A stretch of DNA of 36,800 nucleotides. It comes from a virus. Its lineage: Duplodnaviria > Heunggongvirae > Uroviricota > Caudoviricetes. Where the stretch lies: the IMG/VR virus record IMGVR_UViG_2721755498_000005, one strand, 5' to 3'. Below are positions 19,654 through 28,667 of the stretch, piece after piece. The translations under genes were made by a program, and so were the position numbers. The number at the start of each line of letters is the position of its first letter. Position 1 is the stretch's first letter. The notes beneath the pieces are model-generated. The model ran no database searches. It saw only the letters and a program-made list of their open reading frames with translations, and was not told where the DNA came from.

Positions 19654-20117
19654 CAGATAAGCTCCACTGTGCAGTGCGGCGCATCCTGCACCCGGCTGAT
19701 GGCCCAGCGGGCGTCACGCCACAAATCACCGCTGGCTTCTGCCAGTTCTTCGCCCCGCTTCACACCGGATGCCGTGGCGTCATAGTCCTGGTATCGTTCG
19801 TTGAGCATGGCGCGTGCCCAGCAGTAAACCGCGTTGAAATAGTACTGAATGCGCTCACTTTTGCCGTCCAGCTGCTCCGCCGGAACCTCTGCCAGCGAGG
19901 CATATCCCAGCATCTGCTGGCGTCTGCGAAACTCATACAGCTCTGCGTTGACCTCCGAAATTGCCGACAGCGCAACCTGCTTTAAACGCGGCTGCGTCAC
20001 CGTGCCGTCAGTGCGCATGACACAGCGAAACTCCGACAGGTCCACATCAGGCCAGAACGGCGTATTTCTGATGATTTCCGCCTGTTCCGGTGCCTGTTCT
20101 GGCGCAACAAACTTCAT
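19653..20117 (-). CDS. L: Head completion/stabilisation protein gpL
   Basis: 154 aa from the internal ATG at 20117; position between M and X. Confidence 0.7.
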   Translation of the reverse strand: MKFVAPEQAPEQAEIIRNTPFWPDVDLSEFRCVMRTDGTVTQPRLKQVALSAISEVNAELYEFRRRQQMLGYASLAEVPAEQLDGKSERIQYYFNAVYCWARAMLNERYQDYDATASGVKRGEELAEASGDLWRDARWAISRVQDAPHCTVELI

Positions 20118-20212
20118 GCTGCTTTCTCCTGAAATAAAGGGCGGTGGACGGGATTTTGATGTGGCAGTGCCTTTCGCCACCCCGTGCCGCCCGTGCGCGG
20201 GGGCACGTTCTG

Positions 20213-20863
20213 TCAGCGGCTGCCATTGCGCAGTCTGCGCTCCAGCTGCTGTTTGTCTTTTTTCACGCCACAGCGGGGATCGAGCTGTAACGCATGGTTG
20301 AGATGATTAAGGGCGGAAGCCGGATTGCTTTCACTCAGGACAGCGCCAATCGCTTTATGCAGACGCGCCCGTGACTGGTCCGGCATATCCAGACCGTCTG
20401 TCAGCTCCAGCGTCTGCAGCAACAGATCGGCATCAAAGTCGGTGGCGGCAAGCATTGCGCTCTGCGCTGCATCTGCCATTTCCTCTGCCAGCACGGTCTG
20501 CACGTTGCGGTTACCCAGCGGCATCACCCAGCCATGACGCAGGGCATGACGCCCGATCTCCAGCGCCCCGGCATAATCTCCGGCATCAATGCGCCACAGC
20601 ATCACGTACATCAGCACGTCATCCTGTTGAGCGCCTCCGGCAGCCAGGACGCCCTCCGCCCAGGCGGCGTACTTCGGCAGCAGCTCCACCTTGATTTCCG
20701 CTTTTTTGACCGTGGACTGAACGCCCTTGAGACGGCGGCGGTCTTCCGCCAGTTGCAGCAGCATCAGGTCATAGCCCGACGCGTGGCGAACACTGCCACC
20801 CTCGCGAGCGGCCTGTTCAGCCTGAACGCGCAGGCGATGCTGCCGTGCGGGACTCAGGCTCAT
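20213..20863 (-). CDS. M: Terminase endonuclease (small) subunit gpM
   Basis: 216 aa; resembles P2 gpM (..LLP.....GVL..G.GAQDD.LM.VMLWR.D.GD.AGALEI...AL..G..MP). Confidence 0.75.
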   Translation of the reverse strand: MSLSPARQHRLRVQAEQAAREGGSVRHASGYDLMLLQLAEDRRRLKGVQSTVKKAEIKVELLPKYAAWAEGVLAAGGAQQDDVLMYVMLWRIDAGDYAGALEIGRHALRHGWVMPLGNRNVQTVLAEEMADAAQSAMLAATDFDADLLLQTLELTDGLDMPDQSRARLHKAIGAVLSESNPASALNHLNHALQLDPRCGVKKDKQQLERRLRNGSR

Positions 20864-20866
20864 GAA

Positions 20867-21925
20867 TTACGCTCCGGTTTCTGCTGCGGCGGCGCTGAAG
20901 TCACCAATCTGGATGTTTTCCACCAGTGCAGCGCAGCGATAGTCCTCAACCACATAGGCTTCGTTAACGGATTCAAAGTTTTCAATCCGGTCACGTTTCG
21001 GGTTGTCGATAACTGAACGGCGGCGGGTATCTTCCTGCCAGTAGATGGACAGGTTATCCAGACGGGTGATCAGCAGCGCATTCGGCGGGAAGAACGGCGC
21101 ACGCACCGCCTGCAGGCCACCCATGCGTTTCTGACTGATGATCATATCGGCAGCCAGTTTTTCACTGTTTTCCTGCTCTTTGTTGACCAGCGGGAAATAC
21201 TTGTCAGACAGCAGTTCACGCCCGCAAATCACCACCAGATCGTCATCGTCCTGGTAGACAACGTCGATAAGCTCATTGACGGCATCCATCACCACAGCGT
21301 CCAGGTTGGCATATTCGCCCCCTTTCCCGACTTTCACCGCACCCGGTGTGGTTTCACCGCCCGTGGTGGTGCTGCCCATGACGTGATCCGGTGCATCCTC
21401 ACGGATTTTCTGCAGCCAGCCTTTATTCACATCCTGCAGTAGCGGGTTTTCGCTACGGTTGGAGGTTTTCGCACGCTTCACGCCGTTAAAACCGATCATG
21501 ATGCGGTCCAGTGCCTGACGTTTCACGATGGCATCACGGATGCGCACCTGGAAATCCTGAAACTTCGCCCACAGGTCCAGCTTCGCGTAGGTCAGTACCG
21601 TGTCAAAGTTGGTCTGCTCGCATTTGTATTCCACATCGACCATCAGCGTCGGATCGACAGGCTCACGCTCTTTTGCGGTGGTATCAGTGGTTCCGGCAAT
21701 GGTGCTGCCAACACCCAGCCCCAGCAACTGACCAGACTGCTCAGTCACTGGCGTGACGTTAATCAGCGTCAGGAATGCGGCGGATTGCTGGATCTGGTCT
21801 TCCAGCGTCTGCTGCACGGACGGCTCCACGGTGAACTTGCTGGACAGTTCTTCAACTGCCACACCGTTCAGACGCGCCAGCTGCTGCAGGTAAGCGTTAA
21901 AAGCAAAGCGGGTATTCTTCTTCAT
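20867..21925 (-). CDS. N: Major capsid protein gpN
   Basis: 352 aa, position and size as P2 N. Confidence 0.85.
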   Translation of the reverse strand: MKKNTRFAFNAYLQQLARLNGVAVEELSSKFTVEPSVQQTLEDQIQQSAAFLTLINVTPVTEQSGQLLGLGVGSTIAGTTDTTAKEREPVDPTLMVDVEYKCEQTNFDTVLTYAKLDLWAKFQDFQVRIRDAIVKRQALDRIMIGFNGVKRAKTSNRSENPLLQDVNKGWLQKIREDAPDHVMGSTTTGGETTPGAVKVGKGGEYANLDAVVMDAVNELIDVVYQDDDDLVVICGRELLSDKYFPLVNKEQENSEKLAADMIISQKRMGGLQAVRAPFFPPNALLITRLDNLSIYWQEDTRRRSVIDNPKRDRIENFESVNEAYVVEDYRCAALVENIQIGDFSAAAAETGA

Positions 21926-21941
21926 CAGGTTTTGTGCTCCA

Positions 21942-22775
21942 TCAGCAATTGGTCAGAGTGTCAGCGGGGGCGTTACCGCCTGTTGCACGCTGGCGGTAGT
22001 CCTGGCGGCTGTCTTCATGGCTCAGCTTGTCCACCAGTTCGTTAAAGGCGGTCAGCTGTGCCTGCAGGGCAGTCTCCAGCTCAGACAGGCGTTCTTCCTG
22101 CTCAGACAGGGATTTTTCGGTGCGCGCACTCAGGTTCTGCTGCTCAGTGGCGACCAGTTCCACGGCCTTATGCACATCAGAGAACCGGGCGTCATCGGAC
22201 TGCTCTTTTTTGGTGAACAGCGCCGTGACACGGGCAAACAGGGACGGTTTGTCCTCCTGGATTTCTTCCAGTTCGATCACCGTTTCCTCTGCAGCGGTAA
22301 AGAGATTGGCGGGATTCTGCTTGCGGTTTGCCAGCGGGTTATGGGCTGCACTGGCGCTGAATGTCAGCATTTCAGTGCCCAGACTGGCAGGGTCATCAGT
22401 GGCAGCCAGGCCGACCAGGTAGGCTTTGCCCGTATCAGCAAACTTCGGGCTGACTTCCATAGAGGTGAATAATTTCTGGCCTTTTTTCACCAGTTCCACC
22501 AGGGACTCCGTTGGCTCAACGTCGGCATACAGCGCCATCTTGCCCGCCAGCGGACCTTCCGTGATTTCTTCAGCAAACAGCGCCGTCACCTTGCCGTAGC
22601 GGTTAAAGGTGCTGTCCGGCAGATAAGACTTGATGTGCTCAAGGTTAATCAGCGCGGTATACACCGCCGGGTTGTAGCTGGCTGCCATCTGTTCCAGCCA
22701 TTCACGCTGGATTTCGCGTCCGTCGGTGGTGGCACCTTCCACCCCGATGCGAAAACGCTTTGCTTTCACTGTCAT
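21942..22775 (-). CDS. O: Capsid scaffolding protein gpO
   Basis: 277 aa, acidic coiled-coil C-terminal half; first gene of the leftward late operon, divergent from P. Confidence 0.8.
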   Translation of the reverse strand: MTVKAKRFRIGVEGATTDGREIQREWLEQMAASYNPAVYTALINLEHIKSYLPDSTFNRYGKVTALFAEEITEGPLAGKMALYADVEPTESLVELVKKGQKLFTSMEVSPKFADTGKAYLVGLAATDDPASLGTEMLTFSASAAHNPLANRKQNPANLFTAAEETVIELEEIQEDKPSLFARVTALFTKKEQSDDARFSDVHKAVELVATEQQNLSARTEKSLSEQEERLSELETALQAQLTAFNELVDKLSHEDSRQDYRQRATGGNAPADTLTNC

Positions 22776-22853
22776 GAGCCGTGCTCCGTTAGAAAAAACT
22801 TACTGGAGCCTTATGGTTGCGGTGATGGGGGCAGTGAAACAATGCACGGTATT

Positions 22854-22871
22854 TGTACCGACAACCACACA
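22854..22871. promoter_or_regulatory. Candidate Ogr-binding dyad (TGT-N12-ACA) in the divergent O/P late promoter region
   Basis: tgtaccgacaaccacaca within the 142 bp O-P intergenic region, about 87 bp from the O ATG and 55 bp from the P ATG. Confidence 0.35.
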
Positions 22872-22917
22872 AACCGCAGGCGGGGAAAGCCGTCATTCAA
22901 GGCTGTAGGTTTGTGCC

Positions 22918-24684
22918 ATGAACACCACACTGACACCCGCAGATCTCGATCCCCGTCGGCAGGCCATGCTGCTGTACTTTCAGGGATACCGCGTCGCCCG
23001 CATTGCTGAAATGCTGGGCGAGAAAGTTGCAACCGTTCACAGCTGGAAAAAACGCGACAAGTGGGGTGACTATGGGCCGCTGGATCAGATGCAGCTCACC
23101 ACCGCCGCACGCTACTGCCAGCTCATTATGAAGGAGCACAAAGAAGGGAAAGATTTCAAAGAAATTGACCTGCTGGCACGCCAGTCTGAGCGCCACGCGC
23201 GGATCGGCAAGTTTAACAATGGCGGAAACGAAGCCGACTTAAACCCTAACGTTGCCAACCGCAACAAAGGCCCACGTCGTCAGCCGGAAAAGAATGTTTT
23301 CACCGATGAACAGATTGAGAAACTGGAAGAAATCTTCCATTCCTCTATGTTCAACTACCAGCGCCACTGGTGGGAAGCCGGAAAAACCAACCGCATCCGC
23401 AACCTGCTGAAGTCACGCCAGATCGGCGCGACCTTTTACTTTGCCCGTGAAGCCCTGATTGACGCCCTGCTGACCGGGCGTAACCAGATTTTCCTTTCTG
23501 CCAGCAAGGCTCAGGCCCACGTCTTTAAACAGTACATCATCGACTTTGCCAAAGAAGTGGAGGTGGAGCTGAAAGGCGATCCGATGGTGCTTCCTAACGG
23601 GGCCACGCTTTACTTCCTCGGCACCAATGCCCGCACGGCCCAGAGTTACCACGGCAACCTGTATCTGGATGAATATTTCTGGATACCAAAATTCCAGGAG
23701 CTGCGCAAAGTGGCTTCCGGTATGGCTATTCACAAGAAATGGCGACAAACCTATTTTTCCACGCCATCCAGTCTGACACACAGTGCTTATCCGTTCTGGT
23801 CCGGTGCGCTGTTCAACCGTGGGCGCAACAAAGCCGATAAGGTGGACATCGACCTGTCCCACAGCAATCTGGCCCCCGGCCTGCTGTGCGCAGACGGGCA
23901 ATACCGCCAGATAGTCACCGTGGAAGATGCGGTGCGCGGCGGCTGTAACCTGTTCGACCTCGACCAACTACGCATGGAGTACAGCCCGGACGAATACCAG
24001 AACCTGCTGATGTGCGAGTTTGTGGACGATCTCGCGTCCGTGTTTCCGCTCAGCGAGCTGCAGGCGTGCATGGTGGACAGCTGGGAAGTCTGGACCGACT
24101 TTCATGCACTGGCCCTTCGCCCGTTTGGGTGGCGCGAAGTGTGGATCGGTTATGACCCGGCAAAAGGTACGCAGAACGGCGACAGCGCCGGATGCGTGGT
24201 GGTGGCACCGCCAGCCGTGCCGGGCGGTAAGTTCCGTATTCTTGAGCGCCACCAGTGGCGCGGGATGGACTTCCGCGCCCAGGCGGACGCCATCAAAAAA
24301 CTGACCGAACAGTACAACGTGACATATATCGGCATCGACTCGACGGGTGTCGGTCACGGAGTTTATGAGAACGTGAAAGCGTTTTTTCCAGCCGTCCGGG
24401 AGTTTGTCTACAACCCCAACGTTAAAAACGCTCTGGTACTCAAGGCCTACGACATTATCAGCCACCGCCGTCTGGAGTTTGACGCCGGGCACAGCGACAT
24501 TGCGCAGTCATTCATGGCAATCCGTCGCGCCACCACCGCCAGCGGCAACCGCCCGACCTATGAAGCCAGCCGCAGCGAAGAAGCCAGCCACGCCGATCTG
24601 GCCTGGGCAACGATGCACGCATTGTTTAACGAACCGCTGCAGGGCGAATCCGCCAATACCAGCAATATTGTGGAGATTTTTTGA
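22918..24684 (+). CDS. P: Terminase ATPase (large) subunit gpP
   Basis: 588 aa, size and position as P2 P; divergent from O. Confidence 0.9.
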   Translation: MNTTLTPADLDPRRQAMLLYFQGYRVARIAEMLGEKVATVHSWKKRDKWGDYGPLDQMQLTTAARYCQLIMKEHKEGKDFKEIDLLARQSERHARIGKFNNGGNEADLNPNVANRNKGPRRQPEKNVFTDEQIEKLEEIFHSSMFNYQRHWWEAGKTNRIRNLLKSRQIGATFYFAREALIDALLTGRNQIFLSASKAQAHVFKQYIIDFAKEVEVELKGDPMVLPNGATLYFLGTNARTAQSYHGNLYLDEYFWIPKFQELRKVASGMAIHKKWRQTYFSTPSSLTHSAYPFWSGALFNRGRNKADKVDIDLSHSNLAPGLLCADGQYRQIVTVEDAVRGGCNLFDLDQLRMEYSPDEYQNLLMCEFVDDLASVFPLSELQACMVDSWEVWTDFHALALRPFGWREVWIGYDPAKGTQNGDSAGCVVVAPPAVPGGKFRILERHQWRGMDFRAQADAIKKLTEQYNVTYIGIDSTGVGHGVYENVKAFFPAVREFVYNPNVKNALVLKAYDIISHRRLEFDAGHSDIAQSFMAIRRATTASGNRPTYEASRSEEASHADLAWATMHALFNEPLQGESANTSNIVEIF

Positions 24685-25712
24685 TGGGAAAGATTAAGAA
24701 AAACCGCGCTGCGGCGACGAATCAGCTCAAGCATAAAAGCCAGACTTCAGCCGAAGCATTCAGCTTCGGTGATCCCGTTCCTGTACTTGACCGCCGCGAA
24801 CTGCTGGACTATGTGGAATGCGTACAGACAGATCGCTGGTATGAGCCTCCTGTCAGCTTTGACGGACTGGCGCGCACCTTCCGCGCTGCCGTGCATCACA
24901 GTTCACCAATTGCGGTGAAATGCAACATTCTGACCAGCACCTACATCCCTCACCCGCTACTCAGCCAGCAGGCTTTTTCGCGTTTTGTGCAGGACTATCT
25001 GGTTTTTGGTAACGCCTACCTGGAGAAACGCACGAACCGCTTCGGTGAAGTTATCGCCCTTGAGCCTGCACTGGCAAAATACACCCGACGCGGGTTAGAC
25101 CTGGATACCTACTGGTTTGTGCAATACGGTATGACAACCCAGCCGTATCAGTTCACGAAAGGCAGCATTTTTCATCTGATGGAACCGGACATTAACCAGG
25201 AGATCTACGGCCTGCCCGGTTATCTTTCTGCCATTCCGTCAGCTCTGCTCAACGAGTCCGCCACGCTGTTCCGCCGCAAGTATTACATTAACGGCAGTCA
25301 TGCAGGCTTCATCATGTACATGACCGATGCTGCGCAGAACCAGGAGGATGTGAACAACCTCCGCAATGCGATGAAAAGCGCCAAAGGACCAGGTAACTTC
25401 CGCAATCTGTTTATGTACTCGCCTAACGGCAAAAAGGACGGACTTCAGATCATCCCATTGTCAGAAGTCGCGGCGAAGGATGAGTTTCTGAATATCAAGA
25501 ACGTGAGCCGGGATGACATGATGGCTGCGCACCGCGTGCCGCCGCAGATGATGGGGATCATGCCGAATAATGTTGGGGGGTTTGGGGATGTAGAGAAAGC
25601 TGCTAATGTTTTTGTGAGGAATGAACTCATCCCTTTACAAAAAAGACTAGAAGAGCTGAACGAATGGATAAATGAAGAAGTTATTAATTTCGTGAGTTAT
25701 TCAATTACCTAA
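24681..25712 (+). CDS. Q: Portal protein gpQ
   Basis: 343 aa, overlaps the P stop; size and order as P2 Q; last 25 or so codons are AT-rich. Confidence 0.85.
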   Translation: MMGKIKKNRAAATNQLKHKSQTSAEAFSFGDPVPVLDRRELLDYVECVQTDRWYEPPVSFDGLARTFRAAVHHSSPIAVKCNILTSTYIPHPLLSQQAFSRFVQDYLVFGNAYLEKRTNRFGEVIALEPALAKYTRRGLDLDTYWFVQYGMTTQPYQFTKGSIFHLMEPDINQEIYGLPGYLSAIPSALLNESATLFRRKYYINGSHAGFIMYMTDAAQNQEDVNNLRNAMKSAKGPGNFRNLFMYSPNGKKDGLQIIPLSEVAAKDEFLNIKNVSRDDMMAAHRVPPQMMGIMPNNVGGFGDVEKAANVFVRNELIPLQKRLEELNEWINEEVINFVSYSIT

Positions 25713-25715
25713 TAA

Positions 25716-25746
25716 ACAAAAAGGCCATTAAATGGCCTTTTTGTTT
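25716..25746. terminator. Bidirectional rho-independent terminator between Q and the retron RT
   Basis: aaaaaggccatt aa atggccttttt hairpin with an A-run on one side and a T-run on the other; overlaps the RT stop codon. Confidence 0.5.
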
Positions 25747-26702
25747 TTAGGAAAAAGAACACTTAGATCAACCCCATATGCTTCAGACATTTTATTTGAG
25801 AAAGTCATCAATTTTCTATAGTTTTTCTTGTCTACACTTTTAACAAACGCAATAAGTCCTTTAACATGTTCGAAATCAGAATTTCTTTTTACCGCCAGAT
25901 AATGGATCTTACTTCTAATTTCGCGATAACGTATTCTGCCAACTCCAACATTATCAATAGATAAAACGAGCCCAGTAACCTCCTTCCTTGCTTTGGGGCC
26001 ATGAATCGCAACTTTATTATAATTAACCTTCAAAGATTCACTTGGTATTATAGAGCATACAAATGACTTAGCTTTAAGTATTTTTTTTAAAGATTGAGCA
26101 GATAAAGTCAAATCATCGGCATATCGAGTAAATACGATCCCCTTACTACCTGCATATCCATGTATTCTATAATCTAATTTAGTTAAAACAAGATTCGCAA
26201 TCTTTGGAGAAGATGGTGCACCTTGAGGTAGCGAACCATTAAATGAACACAATCTTGCTAAAGCATTAGAAATAGTAGAGTTATACCCCAGAGAATGAAA
26301 AACAGTATAGATTTTCTCTATCAGAATAGTATTAAAACAATCTTCTAAATCAATATTTAATACATAGTTAGCTCCTACATGTGGGCTGGCATTATTTAAT
26401 ATTGATTGCCCTTTTTCAAAGCCTTTGGAAAATGGGGATGAATGTAACTTATCAAGGATGTTTCTTAACACCCAAGCTTGCAATGCCTTCAGCTCACGTG
26501 ATGGCTGTGAAATGATGCGGGATCTCTTGCCATCTCTTTTTGGCAACGAATAAACCTTATAGTATTTGTCAGCACGATAAATGTACAACCGGAGTATGTC
26601 TACTGATAAACGCATTTCTCTAGACATATCCTCTAAAGAGGACATAACAGGCAATCCAAGATTGCGTAAGCGAAAAACCTGAGATGGTGTTGCGGAAGTC
26701 AT
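25728..26702 (-). CDS. Retron-type reverse transcriptase
   Basis: 324 aa; RT motifs NIDLEDCF and FTRYADDLTLS (YxDD); size like retron RTs; ATG directly after the a2 repeat of the msr-msd. Confidence 0.85.
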   Translation of the reverse strand: MTSATPSQVFRLRNLGLPVMSSLEDMSREMRLSVDILRLYIYRADKYYKVYSLPKRDGKRSRIISQPSRELKALQAWVLRNILDKLHSSPFSKGFEKGQSILNNASPHVGANYVLNIDLEDCFNTILIEKIYTVFHSLGYNSTISNALARLCSFNGSLPQGAPSSPKIANLVLTKLDYRIHGYAGSKGIVFTRYADDLTLSAQSLKKILKAKSFVCSIIPSESLKVNYNKVAIHGPKARKEVTGLVLSIDNVGVGRIRYREIRSKIHYLAVKRNSDFEHVKGLIAFVKSVDKKNYRKLMTFSNKMSEAYGVDLSVLFPKNKKAI

Positions 26703-26866
26703 GAGCGCACCCTTACGTCATAAAAATCAGATTCCGAAGTGAAAGGAGAACATCGGGAGATGTTCTCCTTTCAATGAGGGAACTGGTAAAACTTCAGATT
26801 GTATGTAGGACAGCGAAACACTGTCCAGTGAACTTCCGGAGAAGCCACTCGCTAAGGGTGCGCAAA
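26703..26866 (-). ncRNA. Retron msr-msd non-coding RNA (template for multicopy single-stranded DNA)
   Basis: Flanking 11-13 bp inverted repeats (26705..26717 gcgcacccttacg and 26851..26863 cgtaagggtgcgc) in a1/a2 arrangement; perfect 14 bp stem with 4 nt loop at 26741..26772; minus-strand 5' end TGCGCACCCTTAGCGAG and 3' end GACGTAAGGGTGCGC match my recollection of Ec86. Confidence 0.65.
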
Positions 26867-27763
26867 ACGCATCCTATCATAGTGGAGTATTGTTTTACCA
26901 CGATTTTCGAAGTTCATCATATCCAGTCGTAGATTGTCCAAAGCCTTTCGATCAAAATGCTCAAGAACGTATTGCATACCAATTTCTGTAATATGGTATC
27001 CTTGAACTGAACGCCTAATTATTGACTCTTTAATCAAGCTTGAAATAACAGACTTAACGATAATTTCACAAAGAATAGCATCTTTCTTAGTCACCAAATG
27101 TAATAGCTCATATAGAAGTATATTATCTATACCATCCATCAAATATATACATGGCAGTATAAAACGCCGAGCGTGAAGAATATTATCTATTGAGTGATTA
27201 ACTGGGTTATTTTTTTTGATGTCATTAATACTTTTTATAATTCTATTATAAAAAGCTTTACCTGTACTCAAGCTTTCAAGAGTCGACAAATCTCCTCGCA
27301 ATACTGCACCGCTATTAGCACGCCGAAGCAGTTTTATAGGCCCATAATTAAGAAAGCTTTTTTTAAGTTTGAATTTGTCATCCTGAAGACATATCATTTT
27401 TTTGCACAGTTTTTCATTATTTGAAAATGCGCCCAATTCAGCGAAAGACCCTGGGCTTTCAGGAATAATAATAATAACATCGACTGAATCAGCTAAAATA
27501 TTCTCCAAACTTAAAAGACTATGCTGACCTTGTCCATACAAAAGCTCATCAAACAACTCCTCAGGATAGAATATTTCTATTTTGGGATGTGTTTCCAACA
27601 CTCTTTTAACTTTATTTCTACAAAAAAACGGATCATTCAAATCGCCCCCGCAAAGGAAAACAGTAACTTTATTTTTATTTTTCTGTTGAAAAAGCCGACT
27701 TTTAATTAAATTTGCCAGATTTTGCTTCTGCAACTCCGGAATAGTTTTCTTTTTCATATCCAC
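26852..27763 (-). CDS. Retron effector, nucleoside 2-deoxyribosyltransferase-like (NDT-like) protein
   Basis: 303 aa AT-rich ORF immediately upstream of the msr-msd; motif IIIIPESPGSFAELGAF resembles the NDT catalytic-glutamate motif; stop codon lies inside the a1 repeat. Confidence 0.7.
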   Translation of the reverse strand: MDMKKKTIPELQKQNLANLIKSRLFQQKNKNKVTVFLCGGDLNDPFFCRNKVKRVLETHPKIEIFYPEELFDELLYGQGQHSLLSLENILADSVDVIIIIPESPGSFAELGAFSNNEKLCKKMICLQDDKFKLKKSFLNYGPIKLLRRANSGAVLRGDLSTLESLSTGKAFYNRIIKSINDIKKNNPVNHSIDNILHARRFILPCIYLMDGIDNILLYELLHLVTKKDAILCEIIVKSVISSLIKESIIRRSVQGYHITEIGMQYVLEHFDRKALDNLRLDMMNFENRGKTILHYDRMRFAHP

Positions 27764-27823
27764 TTTTCCTCAGAATGATCCCATCTTTTATACAACATTC
27801 AAATCTGAGTTTCCACCCGCTGC

Positions 27824-27847
27824 GCGCGCTCGTATCCCCGCCACGCC
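27824..27847. other. Putative cos site (cohesive-end region)
   Basis: Minus-strand reading GGCGTGGCGGGGATACGAG matches the first 13 nt of the 186/P2 19-nt cohesive end as I recall it; lies in a GC-rich 244 bp intergenic region. Confidence 0.35.
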
Positions 27848-28007
27848 TGCCCGCTTTATGTAGCGGTTTTCATGCGCCTGCATGACATAAGCAAAATCCC
27901 GCCACTCCTGGCGGGCCTCAGCTAAAACGATCCTCAAACGATCATGCGGATTCATGCGGCATAGACATGCACAATCTCCAAAGCGGGCATCGAGACTTTT
28001 TGGAAAC

Positions 28008-28619
28008 CTACGTAACCACAGTTAATGTGTGCATCCTGTCTCGAATTGCATCACACGTCTCATCAAAAAGCTTGGTGATGGTTGTATGGTTCAACTCCGC
28101 CTCTTTCCAATAATTTTGCCCGTCAAATTCTGGATCGCTATGCTTAAACGATATTGACTCTGAAAGGCATTCCTTCCGGAAACGGTCCAAGATTATATAA
28201 ACCTCTGGTGAGATGAACGGTTTGTTAGATTCAACACTTGTAACAAAAGTGTTAAATGCATCAGAAAAAACTTTCAACCTTCTAAATTTTCTCTCTTCAA
28301 ATGGTTCGTTGGGGTCAACATGATCCAGCGCAGGCCTCAGCTTAAGCACGCTTTCTCTGGTTTCAAACATCGAATTCCAAATGAGACTATATGCTGATAA
28401 CTCCTTATCAAAATACGCTTTCGTTACATAAACAGAATTGTCTAACTTAGCCTTTATTCTTTCATTAGTTGCACTCAGTTGTGATTGAAATTCAGCAATA
28501 TCTTTGTTTAGCCGCGACTTATATCTTTCTAAATAAACTTTCCCGATCCAAACAAATATGCCAGATGCAACAAAAGACACCCCACCCAACGAAGCCAGAA
28601 CTTTAAAGACTAAATCCAT
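28008..28619 (-). CDS. Hypothetical membrane-anchored protein (accessory region next to cos)
   Basis: 203 aa ORF; ATG with GGTGGGGG RBS; N-terminal TM helix then a predicted coiled-coil/soluble domain; no family recognised. Confidence 0.5.
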   Translation of the reverse strand: MDLVFKVLASLGGVSFVASGIFVWIGKVYLERYKSRLNKDIAEFQSQLSATNERIKAKLDNSVYVTKAYFDKELSAYSLIWNSMFETRESVLKLRPALDHVDPNEPFEERKFRRLKVFSDAFNTFVTSVESNKPFISPEVYIILDRFRKECLSESISFKHSDPEFDGQNYWKEAELNHTTITKLFDETCDAIRDRMHTLTVVT

Positions 28620-28667
28620 TGCGCCCCCACCTGCAAAAATAGTATTCCATTATAAGCTAATACATTT

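Noticed and set aside
23413-24492. Minus-strand ORFs of 174-184 aa
   Set aside because: Antisense within the terminase gene P, which has a clear frame and size match to P2 gpP
25728-26702. Ec67-type RT fused to a primase/TOPRIM domain
   Set aside because: The RT is only 324 aa with no C-terminal extension; together with the NDT-like effector this fits the Ec86 type instead
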